Positions 38,586 to 48,529 of a stretch of DNA of 64,000 bases are shown here, in pieces. The notes below the pieces were generated by a model. The model was not told the DNA's origin, did not search any database, and worked only from the letters and a program-made list of their open reading frames with translations. Source of the DNA: Heterodontus francisci (lineage: Eukaryota); contig NC_090387.1 of assembly GCF_036365525.1 (NCBI RefSeq), positions 31,870,675 through 31,934,674 on the forward strand, read 5' to 3'. Made by a program: the position numbers and the translations under genes. Position 1 is the stretch's first letter, and the number at the start of each line of letters is the position of its first letter.

Positions 38586-38747
38586 AAAAACAAAGTGCTG
38601 GAAATACTCTGCAGGTCTGGCATCATCTGTGGAGAGAGAAGCAGAGTTAATGTTTCAGGTCTGTGACCTTTCATCAGAACAGAATATTTCCAGCACTTTG
38701 TTTTTATTTCAGATTTCCAGCATCTGCAGTATTTTGCTTTGATATTG
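38586..38747. mobile_element. Short Penelope-like (PLE) terminal fragment with internal inverted repeat
   Basis: AAAAACAAAGTGCTGGAAATA / TATTTCCAGCACTTTGTTTTT inverted pair; 14-bp flanking direct repeat CTGTG(C/T)AGGGGAAC (38572-85 and 38748-61); carries a hammerhead motif. Confidence 0.65.
38646..38680 (-). ncRNA. Minimal hammerhead ribozyme-like motif, probably decayed
   Basis: Minus strand: GUU CUGAUGA A AGGUC-ACA-GACCU GAAA CA UU AAC. Confidence 0.6.
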
Positions 38748-39488
38748 CTGTGTAGGGGAACCCCAGATCACCACAAACATGCCACTGACACAACTGCGAT
38801 AAAAAAATCCCACCATCGGAAATTCAAAAAAACTGACACCTAATTAAATCACCCCATACACCACCATGCAGGGCCCATAAAATTCTCCCCAAAGTGTTCA
38901 GAAAAGATAGGGGAGGAAAAAAGGGACAGGAAGTGGAACGATTGATTAGGGAAGACATTGTAATGTTGGAAAGAGAGGATGTCCTTGATGAGGCAAGGTC
39001 AGAATTTATTTTGGTTAGAGTTGAGAAGCAAGATAGGTATGATCATGCTCCTGGGGGTATTCTATCGGCCTCCAAATAGTAAGAGAAATAGAGGAGCAAA
39101 TCTGCAGGGAAATCAGAGATATGCAAGAACTATAGAGTGGTGAAACTGCAAACGATCAATGATTTAAAAAGGAAACTGGATAGGCACTTGAGGAAAATAA
39201 GCTTGCAGGCCTATGGGGATAGAGTAGGGGAATAGGTATGACAGAATTGCCCGATAGAAAGCTGGCATCAACTTGATGGGCCATAATGACTCTCTGACTT
39301 GCGGTTGCTGTGTGTCGAAATTGCAAAATAAGTGCTTCTCCCCAAGCAGTTTTTCAAAACTTCTGTAGGTCTAATAATACACTATTGTCAACACCATAAG
39401 AAATGTTAGTAGTGGGTGCCCATGATTAAAGAGAAAGTAATGCCTTTTGAACTAACTGGGTAAACATTTACTTTGATCAACGTCGGTA

Positions 39489-39524
39489 ATCTTTTTAAAG
39501 CCAAGTAAGTTTCACTTTTCAGAA
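39489..39524 (+). repeat. 36-bp direct repeat, copy 1 (contains IRF-E/ISRE)
   Basis: ATCTTTTTAAAGCCAAGTAAGTTTCACTTTTCAGAA, identical to 40556-40591. Confidence 0.9.
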
Positions 39525-39647
39525 ATGCTCTATTTCCTGCCCTCTGAGGTCCACAACTCGAACAAACAGCCAACGTCGGGATAGTTCGTGTCGCGGAAGG
39601 AATTAAAAGCGAACCGGAACACACCCCTTTTCAACCACTTACTTAAC

Positions 39648-39700
39648 ATGGCGGACGTCGGACCGGGAGCGAACGACGGGGACAACAAACTGAGCAAAAA
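39648..39700 (+). CDS. KARS1: Lysyl-tRNA synthetase exon 1 (cytosolic start)
   Basis: AACATGG Kozak context; MADVGPGANDGDNKLSK(N), like human ..KLSKNELKRR; donor AA|GTAAGC, phase 2 matches the exon at 47055. Confidence 0.92.
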
Positions 39701-40555
39701 GTAAGCAACGACACTTGTGGGCATGCCTTATGTCTTAAAATGTAACTATACCGTGATCCCGTTTCTAGTTCGCTGTCGCACAGACCGTACCGGCGGTTAA
39801 ACACCGCGACTCAACTGTCTCCTCGCGTGCGCCTTTCTGCACTTTGTGTAGTTGCGTCAGTGCAGCGCAGAGCATGCTGGTGGTTGTAGTTCTTTGCGGC
39901 AGCTCCAGGGAAAGAGCACTGGTGTAAAGAACTACATATCCCATGGTGCTCTGCGAGTATTGCTGCGTTCGGCATCTGCAGTATGGGCGGCATTTCGTAA
40001 GAAAAGTGCAGTTCTACAGGATCTCCCAAACCTAGAAAGACAAGGCAGCAGGTGCATGAGATCACCTTCAGGTCTCACCATCTCGATTTGGTCATATTTC
40101 TTGGTTCCTTTGTAGAGACTGGGTCAAAATCCAGGAGCCTCCCTAACAACACTGTGGGAGTACCTTTATCAGGTGATAAAGTACCACGTCGCCACCTTTT
40201 CAAAGATAATTAATACTGGCTTTGCCAGAGACTCCCAAATGTATATTTTTAAAGTATGTAACAGCATGTAGCATGATATCAAAAAGTTGTCCTTTTCAAA
40301 TAAAACATTAAACCAGCGTCTGGTTTGTGTGAAATGGCTTGTGACCGTTTACTCAAGAGCTTTCCAGAATTGTTAGTTTTTAACAACGATACAAAGTTAA
40401 AAGCAACCTTGAGAACGTGAATCAACTCTTTAGAACCTGTTGTTGAACGGCTCATGCAGTTCTTATTGTCAAACCCTGCTTGAGGAAGGAACAGACTTGA
40501 GTGGAAAGAGTAAAAGACTGAATTCACTCACATGTTTGCCAAATTAATAGGAAAT

Positions 40556-40591
40556 ATCTTTTTAAAGCCAAGTAAGTTTCACTTTTCAGAA
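40556..40591 (+). repeat. 36-bp direct repeat, copy 2 (contains IRF-E/ISRE)
   Basis: Identical to 39489-39524; in KARS1 intron 1. Confidence 0.9.
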
Positions 40592-40707
40592 CTAAATGAG
40601 AAACCATTTCTTACAAAGCGTAATTAGAGACTTTTGCATCTTGTGCTTCATATTACTGTTTTGCTGATTAGGTTATTAGTGCTTTTAGTTTGTAAACCTG
40701 CAGTCTG

Positions 40708-41490
40708 TATTTTTCCCAGGGTGGAAGAGTCAGTTACTAGGGGACATAGGTTTAAGGTGCGAGGGGCAAAGTTTACAGGGGATGTGCGAGGCAAGTTTTT
40801 TACACAGAGGGTGGTGAGTGCCTGGAACTTGCTGCCAGGGGAGGTGGTGAAAGCAGATACGATAGTGACGTTTAAGAGACATCTTGACAAATACATGAAT
40901 AGGAAGGGAACAGAGGGATGTGGGCCCCGGAAGTGCAGAAGGTGTTAGTTTAGGCAGGCATCAAGATCGGCGCAGGCTTGGAGGGCCAAATGGCTTGTTC
41001 CTGTGCTGTACTGTTCTTTGTACTTTGTATGGGCATTCTGCCATTTCATGAAGAATTTGGCACTGCTGTTCAATAAAAGAGTGGCTGAGTGAATAGGGCC
41101 ATACTCTGGAGTTTAGAAGAATGAGAGCTGATCTCATTGAAACATACAAGATTCTGAAGGGCATTGACAGGGTAGACAGTGAGAGGTTGTTTCCCCTGGC
41201 TGGGGGGGATCTAGAACACGGGCACAGTCTCAGGATATGGGACTAATCATTTAGGACTGAGCTGAGGAAAAATTTCTTCACTCAGAGTTGTGAATCTTTG
41301 GAATTGTCTACTCCAGGAGGGTGGTGGATGCTTCATTGTCGAGTATATTCAAGGGTGGGATACATTGCTTGATTCTGAGACACCAAAAATCTATCTATGT
41401 GGGGAGTGGGTGGGAAAATGGAGTTGAGGTAGAATGGCAGAGCAGGCTTGAGGGGCTCAATTGTCTACTCCTATTTCTTGTGTTCTTAAA
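40708..41490 (+). mobile_element. Two consecutive CR1 3'-end fragments
   Basis: TRGHRFKV..FFTQRVV (40708-41020) and RRMRADLIETYKI (41090-41490), each with a CR1 3' UTR. Confidence 0.85.
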
Positions 41491-42070
41491 ACTAGCATCC
41501 TACTGTAAAGGCAAACTATACAAAATGGTACAGCTTCTGGATCATAGGGGGCAAAGCTCCCTTTGCTGGACCAGCTGTTGAATCATTCAGGATTTACCAG
41601 GATCACCAGATGCAGTTTTATTTTGTTGATCTTCATTTATCTCTTGTTACATTATATTTGATCAGGTTTGTCAGTATTTTAGGACAATTGCAATATTTCC
41701 GCTTCTTGATTAGCATTCGTTAAATGAAAGAACATAGTCTGATTATATTAAGCTGAATTGAATGAGTCATATTTGAAACAATAGAGATGATAGATCTGCA
41801 CCCCTCAGCATTCCCCCATAGTGATAATTATTTGAGTGTAGACAGTGAATGGTTGTCAGGCTATTTGATCAAAAGGGACATTGTACCTAAGCCCAACACT
41901 TAGATTTTCATTTCCAATTGAGGTTACTAGATGACAATGGGTAGTGGTAAGTCTGCCTGATTCTATGGGTCCGCTTTGGCTGAAATTACCTAACAAAGGA
42001 TAGATGAGTTATGTTTTGTGTTTTTACAATGTTTAAAATTTGAGCAAGTGCTGCAGTTTGAACAGTGTGT

Positions 42071-44542
42071 GGGCACTAAATTGGGCTGTGCAGCATCCAT
42101 TTTTTTTAGGCACTATCCGGCCACATAAGTGAAATAAGGCCTGAGATGCGCGTGTACACTTCTGACTTGTGCAGGGCGCATAAGTGTTTGTTGCATGCCT
42201 CATGGCTGTCAGCAGCATGCAAAGCTGGGAAGTGATGATGTGAGTCAATGTCATTTTCCAACTCCTCACTCCAGCCAACGTGCTGTCTTAACCTCAACAG
42301 CTTCTAAGTGTTCCATGTTGGTGTCTGCCTTCTGTATGCCTTTACCTTTGCTGGTGCTTCTAGATGGTGCTTTCCCAGTGACTGCAGATTGAGATGTAAG
42401 GCCACTAACCTTCAATTGAGGAGACTGCAGATGACCTTGTAGAAGTCCCACTGCACCATCTCTGTCTGGTTTGGCTAGCTGACCGACAACAACAAGGGTA
42501 CTGGCAGAGCTGGGAATAGCAGGAATGCTGTTGTCCTGAGAAGGACAGCAGGCTCCTTCGCCTGGAGCCACTACCATTCTCTAAGGGTGGTGCCACAATG
42601 GCAGCAATCTGAGCTTGCAAGGCAGCAGTTTGAGATTCCAATGCAGCAGTCAGACCACTGATAGAAGCACTTTGCACTGCAATGGTGGGTTCCACAGATG
42701 TTCTGATGGAAGTGACCACTTGCTGCATGTTTGAAAAGTTGGGCTCCAGGCTCTGAGCCAACACCTATACCAAGTTGAACATGGACTCTTCCATGTTCCT
42801 TGATATTGTGCACAGACTTTCTGGCAATTTTCCAGTGCACCAAGCATTTGGCTTCACCCATCAGCTGCTTTCTGTAACCTGGCCCATCAAAATCCTCATC
42901 TGACTTCTCTGCAGAAGAAGTAGTGTACGACGTCACCCTCCAGTGAGCTGGCACCTGCCGTAACCTTTCCACCTGCGCTGGCTCCTGCATACTTGTGCCT
43001 GGTGTCTCCCATGTGCAGATCCCTGCTAGCCTCTAAAGTATGCACAATGCCAGTGTCTGAGCTGGTGGCTGCAAGTATAACATTATCTTCACTGTCTTTT
43101 TCCTCTTCCTTCTCTATTACAGTTCTAGAATATCTGGAATGAAAATGGCACAAGGGTTGTTTTGTGCTGAGGGGAGAAGAGAAAATAAAAGTATGTGCTT
43201 ATTACAGCTTATGAGTGAAGAAATTATAGGATGAAGGAGAAGTGGGAAGACAGAAGGAGGAATAGATATGCAGATACTGTCATAATTGATCCCTCCGGTG
43301 GCCACTGCCTCAGTGATGTTCCTTTCCATGATGACCAGCACTGTCTCCTCAATGGCTAGTGTTACGACTGACCACTCCAGTCAAAGCCCCCAATCAAAAT
43401 ATACGATTCTGATTGTGGTGGGAGAAACGCACTGATAATTCAATGCCGCCGCTCCACAGATCGCCTAACATATTAGCCTCATTCGTGCGTTTCTGCCACC
43501 ACAATCAGAATCGTATATTTTGATTGGGGACTTTGACTGGAGCGGTCAGTTGTAACATATTCTAGGATGAATGAGAAGTTGGAAGAGAGAAGGAGGAGTA
43601 GATATGCAGATACTTTCATCATTGATCCCTCCAGTGGCCACTGCCTCAACGATGCCCCTTTCCATGATGGCCAGCACTGTCTCCTCAATGGATAGTAAAA
43701 CATGCAGCCATGCTTCCCCTCCTCCAGATTTTTGCTGCTGCTTCCTGTTAGCGCCACCTTCTTCAGGAAAGAGGGAAGAGTGACAGTGAGTGTTATGTTT
43801 GGATGATGTAGCTGCCATGTTTGAATAGCTGCTAGTGTGTGCGAGCTGTGAGTTGTGGTGCGAGGCTTGCAATGTTGCTAAGTGTGTGAGGGTGAGTGAA
43901 AACATAAATTTTTGGGTTGAATGCTAATTAATAGAGATTATTGGTGGGTGGGTGATGGGAGTGAACTGAACTGAGCAGTGGATGAAGTGAGTGGCCCATT
44001 TGAAGGGATATGCCATTTGAAGATTGAACTCGATCACCTTGACAACTCGTGTTAAATCATTAAACTTCTTCCTGCACTGCATCCATGCTTTTGGAGCAAC
44101 ACTCCTGGCATTAACCTCACTTCTGCTACTTCCCACTGGTTCCTAAGCAAATGTCTCGAGGTCCTTCTGTCCCCCTGTGGATACGGGGTGCTTCTCTATG
44201 TCTTGCATCAGGGCTGCCAGTGCATTAGCAGAAAATCTGGGTGCACAATCTCTTGCAGGCTGAGCTGTCTTGACAAAAATTTTCAAAATCAGTTAACTTC
44301 CTGACACCACTTCTGCAGCAACAACACACTTCCGCTTTAAGTGGTGCAGGCTACCTTTAAGTAGTGCTCGCCATTCGCAATATCGGACCCCCTGCTGATG
44401 TATGCAGCCAATGTACAGCATAGGTAGCCATCATAAAAATCAGGCAACTTGAATTTAACATGTTGCCTGTAGCTCAGTGAATTGGCATTGGTTAACCACA
44501 ATTGCCATGCTGTTTTTAGATCTTATCCAATTTTTTAGACCC
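42071..44542 (-). mobile_element. Non-autonomous Harbinger carrying a decayed Myb/SANT-like gene
   Basis: APRFS..EVNARSVAPKAWMQCRKKFNDLTRVVK on the minus strand; imperfect ends GGGCACTAAATTGG / CCAATTTTTTAGACCC. Confidence 0.75.
43360..43557. mobile_element. 198-bp hairpin element with 73-bp inverted arms (TGTTAC..GTAACA)
   Basis: Arms 43360-43432 and 43485-43557 differ at 4 of 73 positions; 52-bp spacer. Confidence 0.85.
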
Positions 44543-44623
44543 AAAACTAAACAGATCCAAATTATTGGAAAAATTCCTTTTAATTCTTTGCAGCAGTTCC
44601 TCTCGTTGTGACCTTTATACAAT

Positions 44624-45324
44624 GGGCTGGAATTCGCAGTCAGCAGTGAAAGAATGGCGCCAGTTGTTTATTACACTTGCTCTTGCCAACGGACTTTCTG
44701 TGGGGTTTTGCACTGGAACATGCTGTGATTAGAGAGCCATTTCAGCACAGCGCCTTCAATGGGGAATCTGGGCCTGTGCGAACAGGCAAGCAACTATGCA
44801 TCTCATTAACTAATCAGATTGAAGAGTCATAAATGAGCAGGAGTCTGAAGCAGGAAGTATGTTAGAATATTTAATTCGATGTCAAATCAGATACAGGAAG
44901 AAAAATAGAGAGGGAGACAAATGGGGGACAGAAAGAAAAAGTAAAAAAAAAAATCTCCAACAGTAATTAAAATCTGGAGTGAGAACCCATACTTTTTAAA
45001 GGTAATTTTCAGTGCCAGAGAGGTGGCCTGGCAGTAATTAAGCCTCATTGCGCCGTTAAAAGGATACTTGCACTCGAATGTACTGCCCTAAATTTTTCTA
45101 GCAAGTTTAGTCCGTGTCTCTGAGGTTAATACAGCAACTTCATGCTGTTCCATATTTGAATGTCAAGTCTCCTCGGTGAGGTAGGAGCAGGGCAACTTGG
45201 CAAGCAACCTCATGATTTCCACATTTGATTGTGCATGTTGAATTGCTGGAACCTGCTGTCTGATTTACACTTTAATAACGGTGAGCGCTGTTCACCTCAT
45301 ATTTCTTCAGCAAAAATGCATCCC
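44624..45324. mobile_element. Old Harbinger-type MITE
   Basis: Starts GGGCTGGAATT; internal similarity to 10498-10780 and 17030-17499. Confidence 0.55.
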
Positions 45325-45654
45325 ATTCTTTTCAACCTAACAACTGGTGAAAAATACACCTACTTCAATTTTTTCCCAACTTTTACAGTGAAATCTGTTT
45401 TATTGAACAAATTGATGTTCTTTTATATCTTTCTTCCCTTTGATCTCTTTTATATCTTTCTTCCGTTTGATCTATAGTATTAACAATGGTGGAAAACAAT
45501 GATTTGAATCAGAGTTTACTGGCTCACTTTACTGTAATTGGATTTAAGCAAACTAACGGTGCTGATTTGAGCTTTAATAGTCTGATTCTATCTATTTTGT
45601 CTTTCACTAGGTGTTAAGTGCTTTGTAAATGGGACTACACTGTGACAATTCATT

Positions 45655-45776
45655 ATGATGACCAGCTGTATCCATAGGCTTCTTGGGCTGCAGGTCAGGG
45701 GTCACTGGGGAAAGGTGCCAATACACAGCCTTACTTCCTTTACTCTTTTCCAGAAGAGATTGCATAATGAGAAAAG
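45655..45776 (+). CDS. KARS1: Lysyl-tRNA synthetase alternative exon 2 (exon 45611-45776): mitochondrial presequence
   Basis: Acceptor CTTTCACTAG|45611; MMTSCIHRLLGLQVRGHWGKVPIHSLTSFTLFQKRLHNEK(S) is basic/hydroxylated with one acidic residue; donor AAAG|GTTGGT, phase 2 joins the next exon as S-EQKRR, like human mitochondrial ..RSELKRR. Confidence 0.8.
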
Positions 45777-47054
45777 GTTGGTGGTGCTTTGTTTCATGTT
45801 TAGACATTCTAAATTTGTTCAAATATCCAACCTTTTTTCATCATAAATGAGCATTTGAATTGATCCGGACAGGAATAGAGACCTCATTGGCATGGTGAGG
45901 TAATGTTTAAAAACAGATGATTTTTGATACAATGGAACTCCTGCTCAATTTCCAAACAGCTGGCCTATGTAGACTGCATCTGCACCTCCTTACGTGTGCA
46001 CAATCTGATGCCCTTTTGAAGATAGTCCTCTGTGCACTGACAGAAAAGTTTAATAACACAGGTTTACTGTTACAAAGACCCCACAGCTAATCTGGACAGA
46101 AGTGGGATTAGTTGGGTTGCAAATACCTGGAACAACGAGGTTACAATTTACAAATGCCTACTTAAAATGCCATTCATTAATGTCTTCACTGTTGGGTTAG
46201 CTCTGTATTTGAGCATCTGATTAGTTGTAATACTGTATTTTAATCTTTTAGTTTTCATCTCAGCAAGCTTATTCTATGCAAAATTGCGATTGACACATGA
46301 ATGATGTAGCAGTTATTATTAGACTGGGGTAGATTTACTTCTGCAGTACCCGATTGTAAAGTATAATCTGGGTGGAGCGGATACAGGAAAATTGGACAAG
46401 AAGGACTGCTTTCCTGTGCAACAGTCCACCCAAAGTTTCCTTCTTAAATCGACAGGAAATTAGGCAGGCTGCGGTACAGATATGTGATCATCCGCATGCA
46501 ATTTTTGTTTACCATTTATACATGCTGCACCTATGTGATGATTTATCCTCGAGCTAAAGAGGAATCTCTACCCACAATGTTTCACTTTTATTTCTTATCT
46601 ATAGTTTCAGTTACCTTTTTAATCTTTGATTTTCATGGTGGACTTCCAGTTTTTTTTTAAAGTTGCTAGTTTTTAACAATTATTTTGTAGGTGGATATTC
46701 AATATTAAAGTTTTGTTTAGTACATGTTATAGGTTTTGCATTTCTTGGCTGGGAGTTCTATCCTGGAAGTTCTTTTTGACTTTAAATTACAAGGATGATG
46801 GAGATGTAATTGTTTTTTTGCATCTTTGTGAAGCAAATCAGTAATTACTATGTGTGGAAAATTGACATGCATTTTTCTTTTCTGTGTCCCACTCATTTGT
46901 TAGTGGTACATGAATCGATGGTGCTAGCCCTATTTTCCCCCAATTTTAAACTAACTTAATGCTGCTAAGGAGTAGTAACTCCTTTGTGGCTAAATCTGTT
47001 GAGCTAATTTACTTTTAGAATTGATTTTACATTAACATGTTCTAATTTCTGTAG

Positions 47055-47199
47055 TGAGCAGAAGAGGCGTATGAAGGCAGAGAAGAAAGCTGCTGAGAAG
47101 GAACTTAAAGTTAAGGAACTAGCTGATAAGCAGACTCTCGAAGCCAAGAAGGTTGATGGAATCGACATAAGTGGAGATGAAGAAACCCTTGATCCTAAT
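47055..47199 (+). CDS. KARS1: Lysyl-tRNA synthetase exon 3 (N-terminal basic extension)
   Basis: TAG| EQKRRMKAEKKAAEKELK..DEETLDPN |GTAAGT. Confidence 0.96.
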
Positions 47200-47257
47200 G
47201 TAAGTGGACTTTTAAAATGCCAGTTAACAAGGTAAAACATGATGAGAACAAGCAATG

Positions 47258-47621
47258 ATTTATTTATTTATTTTATTTATTTAGAGATACAGCACTGAAA
47301 CAGGCCCTTCGGCCCAGCGAGTCTGTGCCGACCATCAACCACCCATTTATACTAATCCTACACTAATCCCATATTCCTACCACATCCCCACCTGTCCTTC
47401 TATTCCCCTACCACCTACCTATACTAGGGGCTATTTATAATGGCCAATTTACCTATCAACCTGCAAGTCTCTTGGTGATGGGAGGAAACCGGAGTACCCG
47501 GCGAAAACCCACGCAGACACAGGGAGAACTTGCAAACTCCACACAGGCAGTACCCAGAATTGAACCCGGGTTGCTGGAGCTGTGAGGCTGCAGTGCTAAC
47601 CACTGCGCCACTGTGCCGCCC
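47258..47621 (-). mobile_element. Full-length V-SINE (HE1-like)
   Basis: Same family as 3525-5093; A and B boxes; (TAAA)n tail; ATG on both flanks. Confidence 0.9.
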
Positions 47622-48187
47622 ATGTTGAACATCTATCGAATGGTGTGGTTCAAAGAATTTTGTGATGTTGGAAGGAATCCCAGTAGAGGAGAGCAGAATG
47701 GGATGTGATTGTAGCTTATGAACATTTGATTTAGTCAGTAATAATCATATTGGTCCTGTTCAATGTTTTCTTTTTCCAATTTTGAATACCAAAGTACTTA
47801 TCCATATCTTTGTAATTTCCTGCAGCCCATCAACCTTCCCACCCCAAAATATGCATTACTCCATCTCTAGTCTCTTGTCTATCTTTCCACTTTTTTTTTT
47901 TGCTACACCGGTGGCACCTGTGCCTCCAGCCATCTGAGCCCTGAGTTCTGAAAATCCCTTGCTAAATCTCTCTGCCTGTTCTTTTATAAGACCATCCTTA
48001 AAACCCTGGTCAAACTTTTGATCTTTGTTCCTAATATTTGCTTCTTTGGCTCTGAGTCCACTTTTAGCTGGTTACGCTTCTGAGAAGCACCTTGGGGCAT
48101 TTTTCTGTTCTACAGTAAAATTTACAATGTCTTTAGCATGTTTTCCATGGCGTATGTTGCAAAATGTTTTATACTCTTCCTTTTCAG

Positions 48188-48353
48188 CAATATTACAAAA
48201 TTCGTACACAGGCCATACAGCAACTGAAGGGGACTAATGAGGATCCATATCCTCATAAATTCCATGTTGATATGTCCTTAACAGAGTTCATTGAGAAATA
48301 CAATAATCTGAAGCCTGGTGACCATCTCTCTGATGTTACTTTGTCTGTGGCAG
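48188..48353 (+). CDS. KARS1: Lysyl-tRNA synthetase exon 4
   Basis: CAG| [24 protein letters not shown] |GTGAGA; 166 nt, phase consistent. Confidence 0.97.
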
Positions 48354-48529
48354 GTGAGATGTTTTCAAATCAGCACCTCTACTTTTAGATCTTACTTTTC
48401 TTAAAATAAACTTCTGTCAAAGTTAAAGAAAATGGTTTGAGACAGTCATAAACTTAAATAAACCTAACCATAATCACAAAAATACATTATTAATAAATGG
48501 TACAATTTGAAAGTTTAAAAAGAAAATTG

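Larger units (their letters stand above)
33491..38890. mobile_element. Full-span degenerate PIF/Harbinger transposon (5.4 kb), two convergent genes
   Basis: Ends GGCTGGAATT / AATTCTCCCC with AAA on both flanks; + strand Myb/SANT-like remnant from 33901 (LLQAVRERREVLFP..AWMEVAEE..WVQC); minus-strand transposase 37400-36290 (MPVALR..ALNFFASG, FPRVQGVID, HSLNVQLVCD, FPGSCH). Confidence 0.88.
32340..39290 (+). mobile_element. Degenerate CR1 (ORF1 esterase and APE) split by the Harbinger at 33491-38890
   Basis: CLPGARV, HIGTN, DGLHLN; GGATACAAA|GTGTTCAGAAAAGATAGG (GYKVFRKDR) rejoins across the insertion. Confidence 0.8.
39480..39900 (+). promoter_or_regulatory. CpG-enriched promoter/first-exon region of KARS1
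   Basis: Local CpG excess around ATG 39648; ETS-like CGGAAG near 39594 and CCGGAA near 39614; IRF-E at 39508-39520. Confidence 0.65.

Noticed and set aside
45419-45474. 27-bp tandem duplication upstream of KARS1 exon 2
   Set aside because: Simple local slippage with no evidence of function.
47258-47621. tRNA gene
   Set aside because: The A and B boxes belong to a SINE head; no cloverleaf, and four copies carry a LINE-derived tail.
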